Source: Nitrosopumilus sp.
GTDB lineage: Bacteria > Desulfobacterota > Binatia > UBA1149 > SPBQ01
NCBI GenBank assembly: GCA_964225545.1
Contig: CAXQPB010000034.1
Coordinates: 23,853 to 87,852 of the forward strand
Direction of reading: 5' to 3'
DNA length: 64,000 nucleotides
The notes beneath the pieces were generated by a model, which searched no databases, was not told the origin of the DNA, and worked only from the letters and a program-made list of their open reading frames with translations. The translations under genes were made by a program, and so were the position numbers. Positions 37,124-46,870 of the stretch are shown here, one piece after another. The stretch's first letter is position 1. Each line of letters starts with the position of its first letter.

Positions 37124-39178
37124 ATGAAGGGCAGATCGATTTCTAAGGTCATCGCCATCTGCGGCGCTGTCGCATTCAGCTTCGCAAGCGCCGCCCAGGC
37201 GCAGGTGACGGGCGACGACGCCAAGTGCCGCGCCACGATGAACAAGGGCGCAGGCAAGTACGCATCAACGGCGAACAAGGCCGTCATTGGCTGTTTCAAG
37301 GACGCCACGAAGGGCAAGAACGCGCTGACAAGCTGTACGGACCCGACGACTGCCGACACCAAGGGCAAGGTTCCCGGTGCGCGACAGAAGCTCGTCGACT
37401 CGGCCGCCAAGTGCGCGGCGCTCCCTCCAAGCTATGTGACGTGTCCCTCTCCGGGAACGGTCGGAGCCATCGGCACCACGAGCGACCTCGGAAACTGTCT
37501 GGGGGAGGTAGTGGAACCAGCCGCCGGAATCGGCACTGTCGAGACCTTCTGGAACTACATCCTTCGGGCCAACCCGCAGGATGCGATCTGGCAGGACAAG
37601 AACGCCAACAAGTGCATCAACTCGATCACCAAGAACGCGGGCAAGCTGTTTGACACCGTCATCAAGACCTGCGGCAAGCTGCAGGCCGGCAGTGACAAAG
37701 GCGGCGGCCCTTACGCCTACCAGTACGACGCGACCTGCGACGACAAAGGAAAGATCGGAAAGTCTGTCGTCAAGCTGAACGATGCAATCGCCAAGGCATG
37801 CACCCCGGCACCGGCCGGAACCATGACCGCGCTCCAATCGTGCACGACCGACATCTCCGAGCTCGGCAGCTGCATCGCAGCCTCGGCGCGGAAGACGGCG
37901 TCGGGCGTCAGCGGTGTTTCTTTCTCGATGCCGGGCGTCTGCCCGGCGTCGGTAACCGTCATCGGCCTCGGAACGGTTCAGGTCCCGGGCGAGAACACAG
38001 CCACCAGCCTGAGCGTCGGCCAGAGTGGCCTCGGACACAATGCGGAGCTGCCTGAGGGCTTCAGAGGCGCCGTCAGCCTCAACTGCGCAGCATCAAGCGG
38101 CACCTGCGACACCTGCGCAGTCACGGCGTCCTGTGCAGAAGGCAACTGCCGCTGCGAAAACGACCCGACAGTCACGTGCGACGAGCCGTTCGGCCCGGAT
38201 GCTGACAATTGCGCAGGCAACAACTGCAAACTGTTCTTCGCGGCGCCTCTTCCGCTCTCCGCCGGCGGTGCCTTCACCTGCGTCGTCAACGAAATCCCGA
38301 GTGATCTCGTAGGCACGGCCAATATCGGCACCGGTCAGTCGAACACCGCGGTCGCCAACTCGTCGTCGATCTGGATCAACGGCACGCAGAGCCGGCCGTG
38401 CCCGGTCTGCGAGGGCGATCCCACGCCGAACGACGGAGTCACGGGCGGAACCTGCAGCGGCGGCCAGCAGAACGGCGGCGCATGCGACGCCAACTTCATC
38501 AACCCGGTATTCGGAAACACCAGCTACGACTGCCAGCCGACCAATGGTCAGTCGGTAGCAACGCTGAGCCTGCAGATCGACTTCAGCGATACGGACAAGT
38601 CCAAGGCATCCGACGTAGTCTGCACGTCGGGCGATCCCGCAGGCTGCCCGTGTAACGTCTGCAGCAGCGACCCGACGATCCCCTGCGATTCGGACGTTGT
38701 CTGTGCAAACGCGGGCGCCGGCACCTGCACCTCGGCCGGACCGGGCGCACCCACGGTGTCGAATGGCTGCGACACGCTTGACTGCGGCGCCGACGGCTTC
38801 TGCGCTGATGGAACAAGCACCCTTTCGTGTGACGGATTCACAAAGCAGGGCGGCGGCGGCATTATCGGCTGCACAACGAACGCTGACTGCACGGCCCTCG
38901 ACGCCGAGTGCCCCGGCGGAAGCTGCGGAAACTGCACACTGCTCGAGCCGCGGGCGTGCTTCCCGAACCCGATCGTCAACGACTCGGGCGTTCCCGCCAC
39001 CGACGGCGCGATCCTCACAGCGCAGTTCTGCGTGCCACCGAGTGGCACCGGAGTGGATCAGGCAGCTGGAACCCCCGGCGCGGGTGACCTGACCATTCAG
39101 TGGGACTTCGTCGGCCTCTGCGACGATGGCTCCACGGTCTACGAGCTCGGAGGCAACAACTGCCCTCCTGCCCCATGA
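37124..39178 (+). CDS. Secreted, extremely cysteine-rich protein (684 aa), unknown family
   Basis: A strong RBS and a signal peptide MKGRSISKVIAICGAVAFSFASAAQAQ are present. The mature protein has more than 60 Cys in irregular CxC/CxxC/CxxxC spacings and Gly/Thr/Asp/Asn-rich low-complexity stretches. The N-terminal third is Lys-rich and carries two related K-C-x5-K-x-AGK-x10-C segments. Codon usage is native. The track ORF is trimmed to the internal ATG. Confidence 0.6.
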   Translation: MKGRSISKVIAICGAVAFSFASAAQAQVTGDDAKCRATMNKGAGKYASTANKAVIGCFKDATKGKNALTSCTDPTTADTKGKVPGARQKLVDSAAKCAALPPSYVTCPSPGTVGAIGTTSDLGNCLGEVVEPAAGIGTVETFWNYILRANPQDAIWQDKNANKCINSITKNAGKLFDTVIKTCGKLQAGSDKGGGPYAYQYDATCDDKGKIGKSVVKLNDAIAKACTPAPAGTMTALQSCTTDISELGSCIAASARKTASGVSGVSFSMPGVCPASVTVIGLGTVQVPGENTATSLSVGQSGLGHNAELPEGFRGAVSLNCAASSGTCDTCAVTASCAEGNCRCENDPTVTCDEPFGPDADNCAGNNCKLFFAAPLPLSAGGAFTCVVNEIPSDLVGTANIGTGQSNTAVANSSSIWINGTQSRPCPVCEGDPTPNDGVTGGTCSGGQQNGGACDANFINPVFGNTSYDCQPTNGQSVATLSLQIDFSDTDKSKASDVVCTSGDPAGCPCNVCSSDPTIPCDSDVVCANAGAGTCTSAGPGAPTVSNGCDTLDCGADGFCADGTSTLSCDGFTKQGGGGIIGCTTNADCTALDAECPGGSCGNCTLLEPRACFPNPIVNDSGVPATDGAILTAQFCVPPSGTGVDQAAGTPGAGDLTIQWDFVGLCDDGSTVYELGGNNCPPAP

Positions 39179-39223
39179 TCCCGTAGGACCTGCGGCGAGC
39201 CAGAGCGAATCAACACCGATGGT

Positions 39224-39317
39224 GGGCAGCCTTGTTCTCGAAGGCTGCCCGCCTGAGGTCGATTTGCCTGTCCGAGAGCCCCCATACCCGCCAGCGGGTT
39301 TGGGGGCTTTCTTTATC
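39224..39317 (+). terminator. Tandem hairpins ending in a T-tract: rho-independent terminator of the Cys-rich gene
   Basis: The first hairpin is GGGCAGCCTT-gttctcg-AAGGCTGCCC at 39224-39250. The second is AGCCCCCAtACCCGccagCGGGTtTGGGGGCT followed by TTCTTTAT at 39277-39317. Confidence 0.6.
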
Positions 39318-39414
39318 CGCCCGGCTCGCCTAGGTTTCTCCCACCTCGTTTCGCCGTAGGGTGTCTTTTCTGCGCTTTCCGGCAACGACACCACAACAAG
39401 GAGTTGTTCCGAAG

Positions 39415-40569
39415 ATGTCGATCCAGACCGACGCCTGGGTGCTGCATGCAGGCGAAAAGGGCGCAAAGCCCGTCCGTACAGAACTCGTCCGCGAGACCTT
39501 CGAGATGCCGGCCGCCGGCCCCGACGAGGCGGTATGCTCGCCTCTTTTCGGCTGCCTCGAGGGCAACATGGCCCACGCCGTCCAGCGCAAGCCGATCGAC
39601 ATCTGCGTCGCACGCGGAGAAGAGAAAATCGTGATCGGCAACGCGGGCGTTCTGCGCGTCGAGGAATGCGGCTCGGAGGTAACGACCGTGAAGCCGGGGG
39701 AGCTCGCGATCCTGTTCTGCGTCGGCAACCCCGACGAGTACGGCTACCCGCGGCAGATCTTCGGTTACGATACCCCGGGCACGAGCGGTGTCCTCGCCAA
39801 AACGACCAAGTTCAACCAGCACTCGTTGATCCCGATTCCCGAGAATTCGAAGTACTCTCCGGAGGAGTGGGCCGCGTTCTCCCTTCGATACGTCACCGCG
39901 TGGTCCAACTGGGAGCTGGCATACGGAACGCTTAGACTGCTTCTCGATGAAGAGGAACTCCCGCATCCCGAGGTCTGGGGCTGGGGCGGCGGTGTGACGC
40001 TCGGTGAGCTCGCGCTCGCCAAGCACTACGGATGCAATACGGCGCAGATCGCATCGACGGATGACCGCCTCGCGACCATCGAGAAGCTCGGGATCCGGCC
40101 TGTCGACCGGCGCGAGTTCATGGACCTGTACTACGACAAGGGCCGCTTCAAGAAGGACGAAGATTACACCGCGCGCTACGGAACGGCGGAGAAGCTCTTC
40201 CTTTCGAAGGTCAAGGAGATGACCGACGGCAAGCTCGTCAACATCTTCCTCGATTATGTCGGCGTCCCCGTACTGCGCGCGACGCTCAAGGCTCTGGCTC
40301 GTCAGGGCATCCTCGCGACGGCAGGCTGGAAAGCCGGAATGATGATCGAGCTGGTCCGAGCCAGTGAGTGCATCGCACGCCATCAGCACATCAACACGCA
40401 CTACGCGCGCTACCGCCAGGGTCTCGACGCCGTCGCGTTCGCCGAGAAGAACGGCTGGCTGCCGCCGCTCGACGGCAAGGTCTACGGCTTCGACGAGGTT
40501 CCGCAGATGATGAAGGATTACGAGGACGACAAGGTCGGCTGGTTCCCGATCTTCGCGGTCAACGACTAG
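39415..40569 (+). CDS. MDR-superfamily (zinc-type alcohol dehydrogenase-like) oxidoreductase
   Basis: A GroES-like N-terminal domain is followed by the Rossmann motif GWGGGVTLG. An AAGGAG RBS is present. The specific subfamily is not resolved. Confidence 0.55.
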   Translation: MSIQTDAWVLHAGEKGAKPVRTELVRETFEMPAAGPDEAVCSPLFGCLEGNMAHAVQRKPIDICVARGEEKIVIGNAGVLRVEECGSEVTTVKPGELAILFCVGNPDEYGYPRQIFGYDTPGTSGVLAKTTKFNQHSLIPIPENSKYSPEEWAAFSLRYVTAWSNWELAYGTLRLLLDEEELPHPEVWGWGGGVTLGELALAKHYGCNTAQIASTDDRLATIEKLGIRPVDRREFMDLYYDKGRFKKDEDYTARYGTAEKLFLSKVKEMTDGKLVNIFLDYVGVPVLRATLKALARQGILATAGWKAGMMIELVRASECIARHQHINTHYARYRQGLDAVAFAEKNGWLPPLDGKVYGFDEVPQMMKDYEDDKVGWFPIFAVND

Positions 40570-40590
40570 ACCGCAGCGAGGTTTCAGAAC

Positions 40591-41475
40591 ATGACTATCA
40601 ACAAGATCGCCATTCTCGGCGGGGGACAGATGGGCGCCGGAATCACCGAGGCGGCTGCATCACGCGGCGTCGAGGTCGCGCTGATCAAAGCCACCCCCGG
40701 ATCCTCGGATGCCGCTCGCGCGGGAATCGAGAAGAGCCTCGAGCGCCTGGTCAGCAAGGAGAAGATCAGCTCCGATGACGCCCAGGCGACCATGTCGCGC
40801 ATCACCTTCACCGATGACCTCAACGCCGCGTCCGGCGCGCAGCTGTTCGTCGAGTCGATCATCGAGGATCTCGAGACGAAACGGAGCAAGTTTGCCGCGG
40901 TCGACAAGATCGTCGGCCCGGAGTGCATCCTTGCGAGCAACACGTCAACCCTCGGCATCGCAGACATGCAATCGGCGACCGAGCGCAGCGATCGTTTCGT
41001 AGGACTGCATTTCTTCAATCCGGCTACCGTCATGAAGCTCGTCGAGGTCGTGCCGACCGACACGACGAACGCATCGGTGACAGCAGAACTCGTCGAGTTC
41101 GTCGAGCGTATCGGCAAGACGCCCGTACTGGTCAAGGATCGTACCGGCTTCATCGTCAATCGGCTTCTGACCCCGTACATGTGCGACGCTATTCGCGCGC
41201 TGGAGTCCGGACTGGCCGACATCGCGGGCATCGATACCGCCATGCAGCTCGGTGCCAATCACCCCATGGGGCCGCTGTCGCTGGCCGACTACATCGGCCT
41301 CGACATCGTGTGCGCGATGGCTGAGAACCTGCACTCCAGTTTCGGCCACGACTACATGGCTCCGCCTGAGATGCTCAAGAAGCTGGTCGCGGCCGGGAAT
41401 CTGGGACGCAAGACGAAGCTCGGCTTCTACGACTATTCACAGAGGCCCCAGGTTCCGAACGGCGAACTCGGCTAG
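40591..41475 (+). CDS. 3-hydroxyacyl-CoA (3-hydroxybutyryl-CoA) dehydrogenase
   Basis: IAILGGGQMGAGI is present with a C-terminal 3HCDH domain. Confidence 0.85.
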   Translation: MTINKIAILGGGQMGAGITEAAASRGVEVALIKATPGSSDAARAGIEKSLERLVSKEKISSDDAQATMSRITFTDDLNAASGAQLFVESIIEDLETKRSKFAAVDKIVGPECILASNTSTLGIADMQSATERSDRFVGLHFFNPATVMKLVEVVPTDTTNASVTAELVEFVERIGKTPVLVKDRTGFIVNRLLTPYMCDAIRALESGLADIAGIDTAMQLGANHPMGPLSLADYIGLDIVCAMAENLHSSFGHDYMAPPEMLKKLVAAGNLGRKTKLGFYDYSQRPQVPNGELG

Positions 41476-41487
41476 GCGGCGGCCCGG

Positions 41488-43014
41488 ATGGAGGCCGCGA
41501 CTCAGGCATCCGCAGGCGAGACCGAGCGGCCGGTCACCAACCCCGCCGACGGCACCACCGCGGGCGCGGTGCACGTCCATACTCGCGACGAGGTGGCCGC
41601 GGCCGTCGTGCGTTGCCGCGAGGCGCAGGCCAGCTGGGCTACTCTGAGCTACAGCCAGCGCGGCCGGCTGCTCAAGCGCTATCGGGATGCATTGCTCGAT
41701 GCGCGCGACGAGATCACCGACGTCCTGTGCCTGGAGACGGGCAAGCCGCGCGCCGACGCGCTCGGGGTAGAGCTGCTCTACGTCTGCGACGCGATCGGAT
41801 TCTGGGCGAAACAGGCAGGTCGCTACCTGTCCGACCGCGTGGAGCGACCGCACCTGCTGAGAACCAAACGCGCCTACTCGACCTACAAGCCGCGCGGAGT
41901 GATCGGAATGATCACGCCGTGGAACTTTCCGCTGGTCCTGAGTGTCGGCGAGGCGATCCCCGCGCTGATGGCGGGCAACGGTGTCGTCATCAAACCATCG
42001 AGCGAGACACCGCTGATCGCCGAGCTCTGCACGCGCATTGCGGACCAATCGGGATTGCCAGCCGGTCTGCTCAGCTGCGTGACCGGAAGCGGCAGAACCG
42101 GCGATGATCTGATCGACTTCGTCGACATGATCTCGTTCACGGGAAGCGTCGAGACCGGCCGCAAGATCCAGATCCGCTGCGCCGAGCAGCTCAAGCCCTC
42201 GACAATGGAGCTGGGCGGTAAGGACCCGGCGATCGTCTGTCGCGACGCCGACCTCGAACGCGCGGCCAACGGCTGCGTCTGGGGCGGGCTGACCAACGCC
42301 GGGCAGGTCTGCATCTCGATCGAACGGATTTATGTCGACGAGCGCGTCTACGATCCGTTTGTCGAGAAGCTTGTCGAGAAGGTCTCGGCCCTGCGTCAGG
42401 GACCGCCCGATGCGGACGCGGACATCGGCTGCATGACTTCAGAGTCGCAGCTGCGCGAAGTCGAGGAGCAGGTCGAGGATGCCCGCGAACAGGGCGCGCA
42501 GGTTCGCTGCGGTGGGCGCCGCGTCGAGGGTCGCAGCGGGTTCTGGTACGAGCCGACTCTGATCACCGGTGTTACCAGTGAGATGAGGATCATGCGCGAG
42601 GAGACCTTCGGACCGGTTCTGTGTGTGCAGAGCGTGAGCGACGAGGCCGAGGCGATCCGCCTGGCCAACGACTCCCCGTTCGGCCTCTCAGCGTCGGTAT
42701 GGTCGCGTGACAAACAGGGTGCGACCAACATCGCCCGGCGCATCGAGGCCGGCGCAGTCTGCGTGAACGATCATATGGTCCATATGTTGATCCCCGAAGT
42801 GCCGATGGGCGGGGTCAAAGAATCCGGCATCGGGCGCCGACACGGGGCGGAGGGAATCCGCAAGTACTGCGATCAGCAGACGCTGGTCGTCGACCGTTTC
42901 GGCCTGCGCAGCGAACCGATCTGGTATCCGGCGCCGCGCGGACGCGAGCGGATTTTCCGGCGCATGCTCAACGTGCTCTATCGTTCCGGCTGGCGGAACA
43001 AGCTGTTCGGCTGA
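41488..43014 (+). CDS. NAD(P)-dependent aldehyde dehydrogenase family protein
   Basis: The ALDH catalytic region MELGGKDP...NAGQVCISIERIYV is present. Confidence 0.85.
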   Translation: MEAATQASAGETERPVTNPADGTTAGAVHVHTRDEVAAAVVRCREAQASWATLSYSQRGRLLKRYRDALLDARDEITDVLCLETGKPRADALGVELLYVCDAIGFWAKQAGRYLSDRVERPHLLRTKRAYSTYKPRGVIGMITPWNFPLVLSVGEAIPALMAGNGVVIKPSSETPLIAELCTRIADQSGLPAGLLSCVTGSGRTGDDLIDFVDMISFTGSVETGRKIQIRCAEQLKPSTMELGGKDPAIVCRDADLERAANGCVWGGLTNAGQVCISIERIYVDERVYDPFVEKLVEKVSALRQGPPDADADIGCMTSESQLREVEEQVEDAREQGAQVRCGGRRVEGRSGFWYEPTLITGVTSEMRIMREETFGPVLCVQSVSDEAEAIRLANDSPFGLSASVWSRDKQGATNIARRIEAGAVCVNDHMVHMLIPEVPMGGVKESGIGRRHGAEGIRKYCDQQTLVVDRFGLRSEPIWYPAPRGRERIFRRMLNVLYRSGWRNKLFG

Positions 43015-43046
43015 ACAACCGGCGCTGCTTTTCGCAGCGGCGGACA

Positions 43047-43991
43047 CTACTCCAGGCGTCGGGCAGCCTCGCCGAGCCCCGACGCCGCAGCCCGAAGTCG
43101 CGTCACCATTTCGCGGACATCATCGGGCCCATCGAGCCAGCGCTCGGGGACAGCCCTCGACCCGAGGTGAGCCCCGCACAACGCGCCCGTCATCGATGCG
43201 AGCGACCGGGCACTGCCGCCCAGAGCAGCCGCCGCGGCAACTGCGGAAGGCAGGTCGTCACTGAAGCGAGCGAAGCAGTACGCAGCAGTCACGACCGAAC
43301 CCAGCGCGGTCTCGCCGTTGCCGAGCTTGTCGATCACACGCCGCGCATCGGGCTCACGTTCGGTCATGCGCGCAGCTTCTTCGTAGCGAACGCGGTACTC
43401 CCGCAAAGAGGCCTCGCGCCCGACCGAAATCAGGAACCCTGCCGGTGAGATCTGAAGTCCGTGACTGCCCGCAGCGATCGCAACCGCAAAGGCCTGCATC
43501 GCGGCCCCCTCGGCACCGAGCGAATGCTGATGGGTGATCGCTGCGATCTCCTCGGCGGTCCATCGCAGGACATCGACGTCCGCCCCGAAGAGCAGCCCCA
43601 CCGGTGCGGTTCGCGTCGCGGCTCCGTTGCCGTACGACGAACGCCCGCCACCGCCCGCACCGGCCTCCTGCCAGTCGACACCGCGCCGCAACCTCTCGAT
43701 CGCCGTCCATGTCGCCTGGCCGTAGCCGCGACCGCGCTGGGCGCCTTCTGAAAGCCGCCGCGCCATATCCGCACCGTCGAACTCGGGCGCGGCGACAAGC
43801 CCTTCGGCAACCGCCGCGGACATCTCGGTGGAGGAGCCGTAGGTACCGGGCCTCGCCTCGATAAGGTTCTCCGCAGCCCCGTGACGAGCCACAACGACGG
43901 CCGGGGTCAGCCCCTCGCAGAGCGCACCGATGCGGTCCCCGGCGAGCACGCCAAGCAAACAACCCTCGATCTGTTCAGGCTCTTCAAGCAA
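43047..43991 (-). CDS. ADP-ribosylglycohydrolase family protein (DraG-like)
   Basis: The N-terminal GCLLGVLAGDRIGA pattern and the size fit the family. The fold call rests on pattern match only. Confidence 0.65.
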   Translation of the reverse strand: MLEEPEQIEGCLLGVLAGDRIGALCEGLTPAVVVARHGAAENLIEARPGTYGSSTEMSAAVAEGLVAAPEFDGADMARRLSEGAQRGRGYGQATWTAIERLRRGVDWQEAGAGGGGRSSYGNGAATRTAPVGLLFGADVDVLRWTAEEIAAITHQHSLGAEGAAMQAFAVAIAAGSHGLQISPAGFLISVGREASLREYRVRYEEAARMTEREPDARRVIDKLGNGETALGSVVTAAYCFARFSDDLPSAVAAAAALGGSARSLASMTGALCGAHLGSRAVPERWLDGPDDVREMVTRLRAAASGLGEAARRLE

Positions 43992-44047
43992 GGGCGGCGA
44001 TTATGGCAGAGCCGCAGCCCATGCGATAGAGTGCGGCGCGCCTCGCG

Positions 44048-44965
44048 ATGAAGAAGTTATTGATAACAGGCATCTCCGGCGGCCAGGGTCGCCTTGTCTC
44101 GCGCCGTGTGGCCGGCAAGTGGAGCGTCACAGGCGTCGATCGCATCCCCTGGGAGGGCGCACCGGAAGACCTCAGCGTCCACGTCGTCGATCTGCGCAAA
44201 AGTAGATTCGATAACGTTTTCCGAGTGGAGAAACCGGACGCGGTCGTACACCTGGCGTTTGTCCGACATTTCCGTGGGGACCCCGAGGTTCGCCACGAGG
44301 TCAATGTCGCCGGAACCCAGCGGCTGCTCGAAAACTGCGCAGAGCATGGGGTAAAGCAGCTCGTCGTCCTGTCCAGCTCGTACGTCTACGGAGCCATGCC
44401 GGAGAACCCGCGATACATTCGGGAGGGTCACCCGCTCAACGTCTCCAGAACCTTCCCGGAGATTCGCGATCTCGCCGAGGTCGAGGGGCTCGTCGGAACA
44501 TTCATGTGGCGCTATCCGGAGATTGCGACAGCGATCCTGCGGCCCGTGAACACGCTCGGGTACTACGGACACAGTGCGGTGGGTCGCTACATGAGACTCG
44601 AAACGGTGCCGACGGTGATCGGCTTCGACCCCATGATGCAGTTCATTCACGAGGAGGACGTCGCCGAGGCGATCGTAACGACGCTCGACCACAATCTGCG
44701 GGGTGTTTATAACGTCGAGGGCCCGGGCGCGGTCCCTCTGACCACGGCGCTCGAGGCGGTAGGGGCCCATACTCTGGCGCTGCCGGATCCGGTCGTGCAT
44801 TTCACGATCTCCTCACTGTTTCGCCTCGGGCTTTACCAGTTTCCGCCATCCGCGATCGACTTCATCAAGTACGCGTGTACGGTCAGCGGAGAGCGTTTCC
44901 GCGAGGCAACGGGGTTCAAACCGCTGTTTTCCCTCGAAGATATTTTCTCGAGCGTGCAACGCTGA
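44048..44965 (+). CDS. NAD-dependent epimerase/dehydratase (extended SDR)
   Basis: LLITGISGGQG is the Rossmann motif, with YxxxK downstream. Confidence 0.75.
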   Translation: MKKLLITGISGGQGRLVSRRVAGKWSVTGVDRIPWEGAPEDLSVHVVDLRKSRFDNVFRVEKPDAVVHLAFVRHFRGDPEVRHEVNVAGTQRLLENCAEHGVKQLVVLSSSYVYGAMPENPRYIREGHPLNVSRTFPEIRDLAEVEGLVGTFMWRYPEIATAILRPVNTLGYYGHSAVGRYMRLETVPTVIGFDPMMQFIHEEDVAEAIVTTLDHNLRGVYNVEGPGAVPLTTALEAVGAHTLALPDPVVHFTISSLFRLGLYQFPPSAIDFIKYACTVSGERFREATGFKPLFSLEDIFSSVQR

Positions 44966-45009
44966 GCGGCCGGACCCGTGGTAAGAGCAACGGTCAACGG
45001 ACGAACGAA

Positions 45010-45894
45010 ATGAGAATCGGCGATCTGATACCCAACCTGCCCGGTCTCGCCGCGCTGCCCGGCGGTGACACGATCGAACGACTTCTGATCGAGGTTGACG
45101 AGCGGGTCGACGCCATCCCCTGCTCGCTGAACGAGTACGGTTTCGACCCCTGGGGCTACAGCCCCGACTTCTTCAAGCAGTTCATTCTGCCGAGCGTGGT
45201 CATGTACCGGTACTACTTCCGCTGCATCACCAAGGGCGCCCATAACATTCCGGAGGGTCGCTGCCTGCTGATCGGCAATCACGCCGGCCAGGTCGCCTTC
45301 GATGGCGCGATGGTCAGCGCGGCGACGATCCTGGAGGCCGAGCCCCCGCGCCTCGCCCGCGCGATGGGTGAGTACTGGCTCGGTACACTCCCCTGGTTCA
45401 GCGTTCTTCTCGACCGGATCGGCAGCGCGGTGGGGACCCGACAGACCTGCGCCGATATGCTCCGCGGCGGCGAATGTGTCCTCGCCTTCCCCGAGGGCGT
45501 CCGGGGAATGAACAAGGTCTACGCCGACGCCTATCAGCTTCAGGAGTTCGGCCTCGGCTTCATGAGGCTCGCGCTCGAGACCGATACTCCGATTATCCCG
45601 TTCTCCGTAGTGGGGTCAGAAGAGCAGGCACCGAGCATCGCCAACCTCGAGCGCATCGGTCGTCTGTTCGGGGCACCCGCTTTCCCGGTCACCCTCACGT
45701 GGCCGTGGCTGGGCCCGCTCGGAATGATCCCGCTGCCGACCCGTTATCACATCGAGTTCGGTGAACCGCTCCACTTCGAGGGCGCGGCAAACGACGAAGA
45801 CGATGTCATCAGTGAGAAAGTACAGCAGGTGAAGGACGTCATTCAGGAGATGCTGCGCACGGGGCTGGCCGAGCGCGAGAGCATCTTTTTCTGA
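45010..45894 (+). CDS. Lysophospholipid (1-acyl-glycerol-3-phosphate) acyltransferase, PlsC family
   Basis: HxxxxD block LIGNHAGQVAFD and the FPEG motif are present. I placed the start at the ATG at 45010. Confidence 0.7.
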   Translation: MRIGDLIPNLPGLAALPGGDTIERLLIEVDERVDAIPCSLNEYGFDPWGYSPDFFKQFILPSVVMYRYYFRCITKGAHNIPEGRCLLIGNHAGQVAFDGAMVSAATILEAEPPRLARAMGEYWLGTLPWFSVLLDRIGSAVGTRQTCADMLRGGECVLAFPEGVRGMNKVYADAYQLQEFGLGFMRLALETDTPIIPFSVVGSEEQAPSIANLERIGRLFGAPAFPVTLTWPWLGPLGMIPLPTRYHIEFGEPLHFEGAANDEDDVISEKVQQVKDVIQEMLRTGLAERESIFF

Positions 45895-45895
45895 C

Positions 45896-46789
45896 ATGGA
45901 AACCGGCGGCCGGACTGGACGAAGAATCTTCATCCTCGGTGGCGGCGCCGGGCTCGGCGCCCACCAGGTCGGCGCGCTGAAGTACCTCGAAGAGCAGGGC
46001 ATCAAACCCGACGTCCTGGTCTGCAGCTCGATCGGCGCCATCAACGGCTGTGTATACGCCAGCGGAGGCGTCATCGGACTGGAAGCCGCGTGGAAAAGCT
46101 TCCGCTCGCTGCCGCGCTTTCGACCGTCGCTGCGCGACAATCCGCTCAGCGGCCGCTCGCTGTTCTCGCTGGAAGCGCTCGCTTCCGGCCTTGAAGAACA
46201 CATGGATTTTCCCAAATTGCTCGAGAGCCGGCTCGACATCGAGATCGTGCTTCTGAACCTCTCGCGCGGGCACGCGCAGATGTGGTCGAACCGGGACTGC
46301 CGCGACTGGAAGGAACTGCGCAGCGTCGCGCGCGCCGGTTACTCGATCCCACCTCTGTTCGGTCCGGTCGAGATCCGGCGCGAGCAGTACGTCGACGGCG
46401 GGCTGGCATGGAACGTCCCGCTCGATCACGCGATCGTCCGTGACGCCTCGGAGATCTATATCCTCGCCCCGATCGCGAGCCGCCTTCCGTACCGCTCGCG
46501 GCTCGGCGGTTTCGTCGATTATGCAGGCAGGCTGATCGATGTGCTTTGGAGAACGATCGGCAACACCGGGCACCTGTACGCGCGCATGCAGGACGGCTGT
46601 TACGAGGGGGTGCCGGTCACGATCATCGAGCCGGGCGAGGAGCTGAGCGGCTTCAGTATGCTCGATCTTTTCCACGCGCACCCGGAGAAGTCGTCGCGGA
46701 TGATCGCCGCAGGATACCGCGATGCGAAACGCGCGTTGGCGCGCCCGTTGCCCGCCGAAAGGCCGTCGCGCGTCAGCCGGGCGTCCTGA
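45896..46789 (+). CDS. Patatin-like phospholipase
   Basis: The oxyanion hole GGGAGLGAHQ is present with a GxSxG-type nucleophile region CSSIGAING. Confidence 0.7.
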   Translation: METGGRTGRRIFILGGGAGLGAHQVGALKYLEEQGIKPDVLVCSSIGAINGCVYASGGVIGLEAAWKSFRSLPRFRPSLRDNPLSGRSLFSLEALASGLEEHMDFPKLLESRLDIEIVLLNLSRGHAQMWSNRDCRDWKELRSVARAGYSIPPLFGPVEIRREQYVDGGLAWNVPLDHAIVRDASEIYILAPIASRLPYRSRLGGFVDYAGRLIDVLWRTIGNTGHLYARMQDGCYEGVPVTIIEPGEELSGFSMLDLFHAHPEKSSRMIAAGYRDAKRALARPLPAERPSRVSRAS

Positions 46790-46870
46790 GGTCAGGCCCG
46801 GGAGCAGCGCCGACAGCAGGCCGGCCCACGGGCTGGCAAGCGGTCATGATTTCTGGGAAGATCCGCCGCC

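Noticed and set aside
38093-39613. 506-aa minus-strand ORF overlapping the Cys-rich protein gene and its terminator
   Set aside because: It runs through the tandem terminator hairpins and has a low-complexity Arg/Ala product. The plus-strand gene has an RBS, a signal peptide and a terminator, and the minus-strand ORF has none of these.
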